Source of the DNA: a virus | Taxonomy: Duplodnaviria; Caudoviricetes | DNA: 64,000 nt | Virus record (IMG/VR): IMGVR_UViG_3300021167_000382 | Coordinates: 32,001-96,000 of that record | Direction: 5' to 3' (one strand) | Shown here: positions 38,869 through 47,645 of the stretch, piece after piece | Numbering within the stretch: the stretch's first letter is position 1 | Layout: every line of letters starts with the position of its first letter | Notes under the pieces: generated by a model | What the model was told of the DNA's origin: nothing | The model's input: only the letters and a program-made list of their open reading frames with translations | The model's database searches: none | Program-made: the position numbers and the translations under genes

Positions 38869-41046
38869 CTATACCTGGTGAATATTAGAGAACTGTTCAA
38901 CAAACATCATTTCCGCTTTCGAGAAGAATCCATGAGATTCCACAACGTTACGGAATGATCGGGTAAGTCCGAGAACAATTCGCTTTCGATCCAGGATCGG
39001 TTTAAGTTCTTCAGGAATACCGAAGTTAACGCAGTGTGCGATAGGAATATGGATCTGGGTCAAGACTCGGATGTTGTGATCCTCCATCCACTCTACGAAG
39101 TTCTTAGCAAAGGTTTGATCCGCTAAGCCATTCAACCATTCTGACGTATTCTTGGCAGAGGTAAGAATGATTGGGATGGTAACAGAAGTATAAGGCGGTG
39201 GTTCATAGTGGCCATATTTATCCGCAAAGCAGCGTTCCCAGCATGTATAATGACGGAAGTTTGTTTGGTCAATACTTTCACCTTTTGCATTCAACTTTAC
39301 CTCTCGATCTTTATACGACTCTTTGGATTTAATCTGAAGTCGTTTTAGGTAGGTAGTTTCACCACGTTCCAGTGAGTTAAGAATATCACGTTCGGCGTCC
39401 ATCGCTTTATTCAGAATGTTGTATAGTGAAAGCTTACCGCCAGCCATCACTTGACGAATGATCGCTTCCATGGCATTCGCAGCCCCTTGAATGATATTCT
39501 TAGGTACTGTAGAGTCCTTCATATGAACGCCTTTTACTTCCATCTTGATATCGGCGTAGACGTTACCTTCCTTCACCAACATGGCTGTGTAGTAATGCTT
39601 GGCAACGGATGTCTGAGCGAAGACCGGGAAAACGTACTCAGGTTTCATGGAAAGTGAATAGAGGCGACTCCGCTCAACGTTCATATTGGCTGAGAAATGG
39701 GCGAGAATATGTGCGATAGACTGTGTGGCCATGTACATCACTGCACCACCTACCGCAAAACCATCATCTCCAAAATCTAGCTTACCAAAATACCACTTCA
39801 CCCAACTGTCCACTGAGAACATGGTAGAGTCGGTATCCGACAGAACAACAGCACGCCGGATCATTTTTGGCATTGAAGCCATTGTCGGTGGGCTATTTTT
39901 TGTTAAGAAGAAAGCCTTTAGAAACGGCTTATAGTGATTAATAACATCGATAATGTTGGTAGCGGTGTTATAGAGAATACACTGTTCATCAGGCGTGAGC
40001 TTATCGTAATCCTTACCCTTACCCTTCAACATAGTGATGTTGATTTGGTGCGCATAGTTGACCACTAGCTCATCGGTCTTATAGAGCTTACTAACCACGT
40101 CTTCTACGGGCGTCGTATCGCCACGACGAGAAAGATCACTGATAAAACGATACATGAACTCTTGATTCAGTTCACGAAGATGATAAAGGTCGCCCGTATA
40201 GACAAATGCAACGCGTTCCAAAGGAAGCATCTTTTGAACCAGCAGCTCAATCTTCGCTAGTTTCCGTGTATCTCTAAAATAAAGATCAGAAGACCGTCGA
40301 ATACATGCCATGGTTTCTTCAACGGTTGGAATGGCGAGTCGATATTCATTAACAGCGAACTCAACTTCCTCATAATTCGTATTTATCGCAATCGATGCGA
40401 TATTATTAATAATCATGTCAGGGGAATAGTAATGACGATTCCCTTCAATAACTCGTTCATTACAAGCATTACTTAGAGAAGCAATAGACCGCGTCGTCGA
40501 AGTTAGCGTAGAGTGTGCTGAGGTATTTTGAATCACGCTACCATCGGCTACGAATCCACCTGACACTGAGTTATTATCTCGCTTTGCATTGTCTTGCGAG
40601 TTATTGAAATAACTATACTGATCCTTATTACCTTCTGCTTCAAATTTCTGAGCAGCTTTCTTATATCTTTTTCGAAGCGCCACGTTCTCGTCGAGATATT
40701 CCACGATGTTTGAACGTTTAACACTAGGGTGGAGGTAGACTGTACCAGTAGCGGCTAATACATGGCCGTTCTTAGTAATGTTATTGATATAGCCACGCAG
40801 TGGAGCAGATTGCTTATGACGGTCACCGTTATCACCACGATGGTAGAAGACAACCGATGGATCAACCATACCGACTTGGTTAGTGGTGACTTTCTTCTTT
40901 AAGTGTTCTAGACACGCTTCAAAAGACTTACCAGTAAGTCTTGAACCATACCAAGCAGTTTGTTCTGCCCAGTCTTTGATCGGATTAATCTCTCTGACAT
41001 AATGGTCAGTGGGAAGGAGGAATGGGTTTTCCAAAATCAACTCCAT
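38869..41046 (-). CDS. Split family-B DNA polymerase, catalytic subunit (phiKZ gp50-like)
   Basis: Motif B 'AKRDNNSVSG', motif C 'LSDTDSTMF', 'AKHYY', 'EVKGV'. Confidence 0.88.
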   Translation of the reverse strand: MELILENPFLLPTDHYVREINPIKDWAEQTAWYGSRLTGKSFEACLEHLKKKVTTNQVGMVDPSVVFYHRGDNGDRHKQSAPLRGYINNITKNGHVLAATGTVYLHPSVKRSNIVEYLDENVALRKRYKKAAQKFEAEGNKDQYSYFNNSQDNAKRDNNSVSGGFVADGSVIQNTSAHSTLTSTTRSIASLSNACNERVIEGNRHYYSPDMIINNIASIAINTNYEEVEFAVNEYRLAIPTVEETMACIRRSSDLYFRDTRKLAKIELLVQKMLPLERVAFVYTGDLYHLRELNQEFMYRFISDLSRRGDTTPVEDVVSKLYKTDELVVNYAHQINITMLKGKGKDYDKLTPDEQCILYNTATNIIDVINHYKPFLKAFFLTKNSPPTMASMPKMIRRAVVLSDTDSTMFSVDSWVKWYFGKLDFGDDGFAVGGAVMYMATQSIAHILAHFSANMNVERSRLYSLSMKPEYVFPVFAQTSVAKHYYTAMLVKEGNVYADIKMEVKGVHMKDSTVPKNIIQGAANAMEAIIRQVMAGGKLSLYNILNKAMDAERDILNSLERGETTYLKRLQIKSKESYKDREVKLNAKGESIDQTNFRHYTCWERCFADKYGHYEPPPYTSVTIPIILTSAKNTSEWLNGLADQTFAKNFVEWMEDHNIRVLTQIHIPIAHCVNFGIPEELKPILDRKRIVLGLTRSFRNVVESHGFFSKAEMMFVEQFSNIHQV

Positions 41047-41101
41047 GTTTCATTCTAGGGACTACACTATCCCTCTTTAAAATCAAAAAAGATAGACGAG
41101 A

Positions 41102-41130
41102 AGACAGCCTGGGGAATCCCCAGGCTGTCT
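41102..41130 (-). terminator. Hairpin
   Basis: agacagcctgggg-aat-ccccaggctgtct. Confidence 0.6.
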
Positions 41131-41546
41131 CAGTATATAAACTTTGTTTTATCAATCTGACCTTGCTTAATAAGCCGTTCAAGTTCTTGCTCGGAATACA
41201 TCATCGAGAATGCCTGTTTACAGAGTGCCAGTAAACGAAGCATATTGACATGTTGGTCGTAAAGTTCACCGTCATTCTTCGGTTCTGGTTTTAACAGTAT
41301 TCGAAGACGAGTGATCTCAGCAATCAAATCATACATGTCGGACTTCAACAACAAATCATTAAGTTTCTTCTCTTCAAACACTTGAAGAAACACTGTCGTC
41401 ACCTCACGAATATGCTTAGTAACGACTGCGCGTATCTCTTCTGAATTATTTGCTGCGCCACGAAGGTGCTCAATGAACTCTTTTTTCAGGAGTCCGGCGC
41501 CATCCTCCATGACTCGTTCATATAACGGAAGACCTTTTGCTGCCAT
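41130..41546 (-). CDS. Hypothetical protein
   Basis: 138 aa, coupled within the operon. Confidence 0.65.
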   Translation of the reverse strand: MAAKGLPLYERVMEDGAGLLKKEFIEHLRGAANNSEEIRAVVTKHIREVTTVFLQVFEEKKLNDLLLKSDMYDLIAEITRLRILLKPEPKNDGELYDQHVNMLRLLALCKQAFSMMYSEQELERLIKQGQIDKTKFIY

Positions 41547-41548
41547 GG

Positions 41549-41959
41549 TTACACCGTTTCGATTTCAACCTCAGTTTTACCGATAGCGGCGAGTGCTGCT
41601 TTGATTTTCGAAACATCGCCCAGGTTACCGTCGTAAATCTTGACCGAATAAACAATACGGACAATTTCCTCAACAGAACCTTCCACCATCCACTGGTCAG
41701 CGATGGCGATCGTTTCACCATTCAGCTGCTTAAAGATATAGTACTTACAGTTGGAAGCACTGTACGGCGTACCAGAGGGCAGCGCTGGGTAGATCTGCGC
41801 ATACTGCTGACTGACCGGTGCGATCAAACTCGCCACTTCGATATCACCAATGGCCGCAAGGCGTGCCTTTTCGATACGTGCACCATAGATAATCGGACTA
41901 CGCATCGCAAAACTGTAAACTTTACCAACGACCATTTCTTCGATATTCACCAAGATCAC
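41549..41959 (-). CDS. Conserved protein (phiKZ gp49-like, SH3-like beta fold)
   Basis: 'VGKVYSF..RSP.IYG', 'IYPALP.GTP', 'W..EGSVE' pattern. Confidence 0.65.
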   Translation of the reverse strand: MILVNIEEMVVGKVYSFAMRSPIIYGARIEKARLAAIGDIEVASLIAPVSQQYAQIYPALPSGTPYSASNCKYYIFKQLNGETIAIADQWMVEGSVEEIVRIVYSVKIYDGNLGDVSKIKAALAAIGKTEVEIETV

Positions 41960-41961
41960 CT

Positions 41962-42390
41962 TTATGCGTAATTTGAATCAAGATACACGTTAACGATCAC
42001 CATCGTTACGGTGGCTGCTTCCATGAGATAGGTATAACGAAGCCCAGGATCTTCAGGGATATTTCGACGAAGTAATGCAGTAAGCGCTAATGCGAACAAC
42101 CGAACACGTGCAGCAAACTCTCGCTTAATATCGAAGAATGCATGTTGGTCTTCAACATAAAGAATTGTCGGCCAGATGGGCAATGATGAGACAGCCATTG
42201 CAACTTCAGCTTCACGGCTACTGTAAGTTGAAATGATCTGAGCCATCAGTTCTTTGTAGATGTTGAAGGTAACTTCTTCAGTGGTTGGTTGACCGATCTG
42301 CTCGCTGAAAATCCGTATTTCATTTAACAGGGTGTAACCCATTTGCTCGAGGCCGATGACGTAGCTGCTCATAAAGACTATCCTTACCAT
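41962..42390 (-). CDS. Hypothetical protein
   Basis: Coupled ORF; likely start MSSYVIG at 42372. Confidence 0.6.
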   Translation of the reverse strand: MVRIVFMSSYVIGLEQMGYTLLNEIRIFSEQIGQPTTEEVTFNIYKELMAQIISTYSSREAEVAMAVSSLPIWPTILYVEDQHAFFDIKREFAARVRLFALALTALLRRNIPEDPGLRYTYLMEAATVTMVIVNVYLDSNYA

Positions 42391-42748
42391 CTGAGAAGAA
42401 AGTTACCACAAGCGTATCGGGTTCTACAATATGAATTGCTTGAAGTTGTTTATAATTGAAGATTCCAACGGCTCCTAAGATTTCACGTTGAGCGTAGTTG
42501 CTTAGATAAGCTAATCCACGCGCCATGCCTTCCGAGTTGAATTCGATGTTAGCGTCTGTGAGCTGCTTCAATAGTGACTGAAGTTCAGTATCGAAAGAAT
42601 ATGGTTTTCGGCAGATGTTACTAAGTATCTCGGAAACAATATCGTAAAATGATTCATTAGCTTCATCAAAAACAGTGTAAATGTGAAGAATCGCTAATGG
42701 AACAGGAATGCGGAAAAAGAGGCAGAGTTCTTTATGGTTCATTTTCAT
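42320..42748 (-). CDS. Hypothetical protein
   Basis: Overlapping ORF within the operon. Confidence 0.6.
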   Translation of the reverse strand: MKMNHKELCLFFRIPVPLAILHIYTVFDEANESFYDIVSEILSNICRKPYSFDTELQSLLKQLTDANIEFNSEGMARGLAYLSNYAQREILGAVGIFNYKQLQAIHIVEPDTLVVTFFSDGKDSLYEQLRHRPRANGLHPVK

Positions 42749-43166
42749 ACCTCAGAAAGGCAGCCAAGCCATCAGCGGCCCAGTGATCGAATACGTATTT
42801 CTCATAATGGTTCGTGTGGTATGCTAGAATCTGGCGCAGAAGAATATCCATCGCTTCTACGATATCGTTAACCAAACAATCGAAATTGAAAAGTACATCT
42901 GTATTGTCACAGAGCACATCCATAGCACTAGGACATTGGTGTTCAATATATTCATAGAGAACACCGGTCATACCGTTTTCTTGTAAATCATGCGCAGGTA
43001 GAACAAAGACGCATTCGATAATGCGATTTACAGTTATCGCACCCACGACCTTCCGAAGTAAAGGGAAGGTCGTGTAGTAGTGACTGTAAGAACGATAGGG
43101 ATTAAATGCGTCGAGTATAGGCCTGACGTCAACATAAAACCCATTACTTGGTGTAGATGCCGACAT
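42732..43166 (-). CDS. Hypothetical protein
   Basis: 144 aa within the operon. Confidence 0.6.
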   Translation of the reverse strand: MSASTPSNGFYVDVRPILDAFNPYRSYSHYYTTFPLLRKVVGAITVNRIIECVFVLPAHDLQENGMTGVLYEYIEHQCPSAMDVLCDNTDVLFNFDCLVNDIVEAMDILLRQILAYHTNHYEKYVFDHWAADGLAAFLRYENEP

Positions 43167-43185
43167 AAGTAGCGCTCACTTAGAT

Positions 43186-43929
43186 TTAGATCTCGCTCAT
43201 GTGAGAGGTGATCATGCGGTAATATTCAATCACTCGGAAATCGTTGCCCTTTTCGATAGTCATGGTCGTATTACTAAGATAAAACCGATAGACATTATAT
43301 CGATTCTGACCAATGAACTCTCTGAGCTTTGCGCCGAGCAGGATCAAATCTTCATTATCTTCATCGTAGAAATGATGCATCCCACGACTCTGGAGATAAT
43401 CCTCATAACTACCATCGAAGTTCGGTAGAAACTGAGGCTTGACATGAGTTCGAAGATCTGTCAGTTGCTTTTCCACATTAGAGTATGGTGAAGAAAGTGG
43501 ATTTAGGTACCGGAAAGATTCCAGTATGTAGATGTAAGCGATATAGATCGCTGCGGGATGCCATATCGGGTATTCCGAGTAATGATGCTGAGTGCCTGGA
43601 ATGATGCAGAATACAGGACGCCCTTCTTGGTCATAGACCGAACCACGGTGTTTCCAGACATCATCAAACTTAACAATATCTGGAACAGTATCTCGATTAC
43701 TCACTGCGGTGTGAGAGTAGTATCCCATACCAGGTCCAAAATAAATAAACGGATGAATTGCGCCGTTCATATACAACCCAGGTGAAGGATCTGTTAACAT
43801 GTCTACGTACTTAGAATCCAGTCTCAATACATACTGGGAAAGATCGATGCGGTACAGCTCGAGTGTTTCTAAGACGGCATGTTGATAGGTATCATGATCA
43901 CAAACCATATTTCTAAAATCCGGGTTCAT
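43186..43929 (-). CDS. Conserved hypothetical protein (gp42-like by synteny)
   Basis: 247 aa, C-terminal 'IEKGNDFRVIEY'. Confidence 0.65.
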   Translation of the reverse strand: MNPDFRNMVCDHDTYQHAVLETLELYRIDLSQYVLRLDSKYVDMLTDPSPGLYMNGAIHPFIYFGPGMGYYSHTAVSNRDTVPDIVKFDDVWKHRGSVYDQEGRPVFCIIPGTQHHYSEYPIWHPAAIYIAYIYILESFRYLNPLSSPYSNVEKQLTDLRTHVKPQFLPNFDGSYEDYLQSRGMHHFYDEDNEDLILLGAKLREFIGQNRYNVYRFYLSNTTMTIEKGNDFRVIEYYRMITSHMSEI

Positions 43930-43973
43930 TGTCTCTACTCACTTTTGATTACATAGGAGTTCGGACCATAGAG

Positions 43974-44009
43974 AAAAAGACTAGCACCGGGATTTCCCGG
44001 TGCTAGTCT
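43974..44009 (-). terminator. Intrinsic terminator
   Basis: agactagcaccggg-attt-cccggtgctagtct with an A-run on its left. Confidence 0.7.
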
Positions 44010-44031
44010 GACGATTCGTTGTTTTTATAGC

Positions 44032-44394
44032 TTAAGGAGCTTTGCTTTCTTGCGACTTCACCGGTCCGCAGCGGCAATGGGAATCGTGACCTGCTGAACG
44101 TTTGTGACGTAGAGAGGTTTTTGTTTTCAGAATATCTCCAAGATCTTCGGTCCAGCGCCAAGCTTCAGCTAGATAAAAGAACCCGCAAAGGTCTTGTAAA
44201 GTATATTCCTTACAAACATCACCCGAAACGTTTGCGATGGTCATGCTAACAATCGATTCACCGTCAAAAACATTAACCGTATCGCCGACTGATAGATCAG
44301 GTTGATAGTATTTTTCATCAGGAAGCGCCATCAGTGTCATAATTTCTTCACTGAACTTCACACCGTCATTAAATTGCAGTCTAGCTGTGTTCAT
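44032..44394 (-). CDS. Possible ASCH/PUA-like domain protein
   Basis: Start MNTARL at 44394 (GAGGA SD); 'LSVGDTVNV...MTIANV...YTLQDL' pattern. Confidence 0.45.
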   Translation of the reverse strand: MNTARLQFNDGVKFSEEIMTLMALPDEKYYQPDLSVGDTVNVFDGESIVSMTIANVSGDVCKEYTLQDLCGFFYLAEAWRWTEDLGDILKTKTSLRHKRSAGHDSHCRCGPVKSQESKAP

Positions 44395-44461
44395 TTTTAT
44401 TAATCCTCTTTCAGTTAAAAGAAGAGGGAGGCACCTCAACCTCCCTCCTGTACAGCACAAC

Positions 44462-45445
44462 TTAGATGACTAAGAAATCATCCGTAGGGTTCCGATCCAC
44501 TACAACTGCTTTAACCGTTGCAGGTTTGCGGTGTTTCGAAACCTCATCTTCCAGACTCTGAAGCGTGTCTGGAAAGATCCCTTGCCGGGTTACCAGATGC
44601 ACCGGCGTGGCCAGCTGAAGACGTCCAGCGACCTTTTCATTCAGCTCACCGTAGCTATGGTACGGAACCATAATACCCGGTGAGTGATCTTCATCGGCCT
44701 TAACGATCGTCACCACCGTAGAAACCGGGCAGTGGTCATTAGCCAGAACCGCCTTCACGCCGGAAGTCAGTTCCAGTGCTACGATACCTGGTGCGTAATC
44801 ACTAACCTTATTGTAATTCAGGAAGTTTTCCAGATCCATGCGATCCAGGCCTTTGTTTTCACCAGACCAAACCGCAGACAGGAAGAGCACCATGATACGA
44901 GCAAGGGTATCGACATCGGCCAGCGTCGGATATTGCGAGTTATCCAGGTAATAGCAAGGCACTGGACGATCGAATGCCTCAGCCAGTTTCTGATACGTCA
45001 TGATGGTGTCACGAACGTTATCAGCTTCCTTGATACTGGTTCGAGAACCCACCATCACTACAACGACGTTCTTCCCACGGGCCATGAGGTCTTTGGTCAG
45101 AATATTACCGATCAGAGAGCCCGACCCACCAGACCCAGAATGCACCACGATACTCAGATCACCCGGTTCCCAGCGACTCACGATATCCGTCACGGCCTGG
45201 CGAGCGTGTTCCACATTCGTGGCACGGATCTTACCAGAGCCGTCGACCAGGTTATGGCGGCTTCCGATGTGGATGAACGAAGATTCGAAGCCTGCATCCG
45301 GCAGATTACTGTGACTGGTATCGATCATACCAAAAGTCAAGTCAGCGTAGCCTTTAACATCCTTAGCCGCCACCTGCATCAACGGCATCACGATGTTGAT
45401 ACCGCAACCACCAACCGCATAAACCGTTACTCGGTTATTTTTCAA
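44462..45445 (-). CDS. phuZ: Phage tubulin PhuZ
   Basis: 'VYAVGGCGINI', 'IDTS.SN', 'GSGKIR', tubulin signature 'SGSGGSGS', 'LDRMDLENF', acidic C-terminal tail. Confidence 0.92.
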   Translation of the reverse strand: MKNNRVTVYAVGGCGINIVMPLMQVAAKDVKGYADLTFGMIDTSHSNLPDAGFESSFIHIGSRHNLVDGSGKIRATNVEHARQAVTDIVSRWEPGDLSIVVHSGSGGSGSLIGNILTKDLMARGKNVVVVMVGSRTSIKEADNVRDTIMTYQKLAEAFDRPVPCYYLDNSQYPTLADVDTLARIMVLFLSAVWSGENKGLDRMDLENFLNYNKVSDYAPGIVALELTSGVKAVLANDHCPVSTVVTIVKADEDHSPGIMVPYHSYGELNEKVAGRLQLATPVHLVTRQGIFPDTLQSLEDEVSKHRKPATVKAVVVDRNPTDDFLVI

Positions 45446-45459
45446 AGCAATTCTCCTAA

Positions 45460-46302
45460 TTAATCAGAGGGTAAAGAAACCAGATGCTCAGATTCAATTT
45501 CATTCTGAGCGATATGCGACTGAACACGAACTTCCCGAGCACGAAGGAGTCTATCCAACGTGATCTTACGTAAAGTCATGCTCTGTATTTCAAGATCACT
45601 ATTCTGCTGACCACGCCGAGCACCTGAGGTAGCTAGGTATCTACGACGGTTGGATTTGAGTTCTCGATCGATCGTCAATATCCGATCACACCATGCGGAC
45701 AGAACCTCGTCCTGGTTCGTATTCTGGTTATATCGAACCGATTCATGGAGTGTGTAAAGCCAGTAAGAGCCATCGTCCATACGTTTGAATAAGTGCACAT
45801 GTGCTTTATTGGAGATGGGGAAACGAGACGACTTTAAATAGAGTTCAAGTTCTGGGCAGTGGAGCATTTTAAATTTGTTTTCGGTATACTCAACTGCGGT
45901 GCTGTCGATAATATAAAAGCGCTGTGGATCTTGGTGTTTCTGGAACTGAGGTCGATTGATCCGTTTCTGACGAAAGTCATTCCACTCGCTCAGCCAACTT
46001 ACTAGAATACCCTTCAATATTCCAGGCGTCAACAACCCTTCCTCAAATGGAGGATAGTTGGATTCATTCATGAACTTCAAAGTCTCACGTTCAAGTTCCT
46101 TCAACGTGAAAGTCTTTGCTCGTGCTAAATCATCCGCATAGTACTTTGTTAGCATGAGTAGATGGTTGGCAATCATCCGTGCCATGCTAAAGAAACGTTC
46201 CAATGCAGCGATTTGTATCGAGTCCATTTCCAAACGTATCGCTCGATAGTGGACATGGAGAAAGACCTTCTCCTTATCCATGTTAGATGTTTCCATCATC
46301 AA
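45460..46302 (-). CDS. TnpB (IS605 OrfB)-like N-terminal protein lacking RuvC and Zn-finger
   Basis: By-eye colinear similarity to the TnpB HTH/REC/WED region; no GIDxG, xEDL, CxxC or RD motifs. Confidence 0.6.
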   Translation of the reverse strand: MMMETSNMDKEKVFLHVHYRAIRLEMDSIQIAALERFFSMARMIANHLLMLTKYYADDLARAKTFTLKELERETLKFMNESNYPPFEEGLLTPGILKGILVSWLSEWNDFRQKRINRPQFQKHQDPQRFYIIDSTAVEYTENKFKMLHCPELELYLKSSRFPISNKAHVHLFKRMDDGSYWLYTLHESVRYNQNTNQDEVLSAWCDRILTIDRELKSNRRRYLATSGARRGQQNSDLEIQSMTLRKITLDRLLRAREVRVQSHIAQNEIESEHLVSLPSD

Positions 46303-46395
46303 TATCCTTTCAACTTGTATTCGTGTTCATTTCAAATAACTCATCGTTCACGGTTAATCTATCTAAGAAGATAGCAGAGATCGCTACCCATCGGT

Positions 46396-46414
46396 TCATG
46401 TAAGATATACATGA
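46396..46414 (-). promoter_or_regulatory. Early promoter core within a palindrome (TCATGTA-N5-TACATGA)
   Basis: Core ATATACATGA at 46405-46414 plus inverted repeat. Confidence 0.55.
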
Positions 46415-46852
46415 CTTCATTATCAGTAGTCACAGGAATACCATTACCCACTAGGTAAGTAACTTAAACAAAAGAACCCTACCAATGTATCGACAATTAC
46501 TTAGCAGACTTCTTCTCTACCGGACTAGCAGTTTCGATAAGAAACTGCCGAGGTGGAGGAGAAGGGTGCGATGCTGCCGACACATGCTACGTGCTACACC
46601 TACTTAGAAATATTTTCATTCTACTATCTCTCTATCTATTGGCTCGTGATGATTTAAAAATTTACGAGCTTTCGAGAAGTCGACTGAACGGAGTGAAGGA
46701 GCGGATCGAAAGCGAGCTTCCCTACCTCAGTGACATGGACACAACGCCGAAGGCTGTGTGGACAGGACACTCTAACTTCCCGCAACGCGGGGGGCGAAGC
46801 CCAACAACATTTTTTAATATTTCGAATATCATATTTACAGACGTTCGCATCA

Positions 46853-46887
46853 TGTGACGGATAGGCTTTGATGGCCTATCCGTCACA
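46853..46887. terminator. Long hairpin in the divergent intergenic region
   Basis: tgtgacggataggc-tttgatg-gcctatccgtcaca. Confidence 0.55.
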
Positions 46888-47017
46888 GGCAGCATCCGTC
46901 ACATTGCGTATTAATAAAACCCATTTCATTCGGGAAGTAAAAATAATAATAATCAAAAGGAGAATCTCTTTGCTGGTAGATCCTCTGGTATAACAATCAT
47001 AGTAAAAAGGATGCATC

Positions 47018-47644
47018 ATGGAAATCTTTAAGATTACACGACAAGGTCAAGGTAACGGCGTGGCAGTTCAAGGCGTGTCTAGTGAAAAACCTTTAGTGGA
47101 ACAACAGGATCAAATTTCTGAAGCTGCTGAGTTGAAGCAAGCTAAGGTGCTGGCAGGGGAAGTGGTTCAAGGGCAAGTAGCAGATAGTGGTACCAGTAGT
47201 CCAGTCGAATCCACTGAACCAGGTTTCACCTTGGATGCCAGTCAGAAAGATAAGGTCATTGTGAAAGTTGATGGTCCGCTTTCTCAGGTATTCACTGAAG
47301 CGTTGAATAAAGTACTGGCTTTTGAGAACATGGTACTACTTCCTGTTCTGGCAGAAGAATACGACGCTATGAAGGATGATCCCTCTTTCAACGATACAAC
47401 CTCTATCCATGTTCAAGCTTACGATGCACATGACTTAACCACAGGCGATGTGGTTGATATTACGAACGAAATCACAAAGACGACAGAAGATTCACATATC
47501 ATCGCCATGGAGTCTGCGCGTGGAATGAGTACAGCGACAGGTAGTGCTGAAGCAGTCTATCGTTCTTTGAAGGTAGCTAGTTACTATCGGTTCACTTCTG
47601 CAGCGAATAAGATCGTTTCGATTGCTAAGAATCACGGGGTCTGA
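47018..47644 (+). CDS. Probable head-associated protein
   Basis: 208 aa; 'VKVDGPLSQVFTEALNKVLA' motif; AFE and AMES sites. Confidence 0.65.
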   Translation: MEIFKITRQGQGNGVAVQGVSSEKPLVEQQDQISEAAELKQAKVLAGEVVQGQVADSGTSSPVESTEPGFTLDASQKDKVIVKVDGPLSQVFTEALNKVLAFENMVLLPVLAEEYDAMKDDPSFNDTTSIHVQAYDAHDLTTGDVVDITNEITKTTEDSHIIAMESARGMSTATGSAEAVYRSLKVASYYRFTSAANKIVSIAKNHGV

Positions 47645-47645
47645 T

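Noticed and set aside
45460-46302. Active IS200/IS605 element
   Set aside because: No tnpA, no RuvC catalytic motifs, no recognisable IS-end hairpins, and the gene is tightly coupled to phuZ
46591-46857. 88-aa ORF in the large intergenic region
   Set aside because: GTG start without SD, runs through hairpin-rich sequence; not supported as a gene, though not excluded
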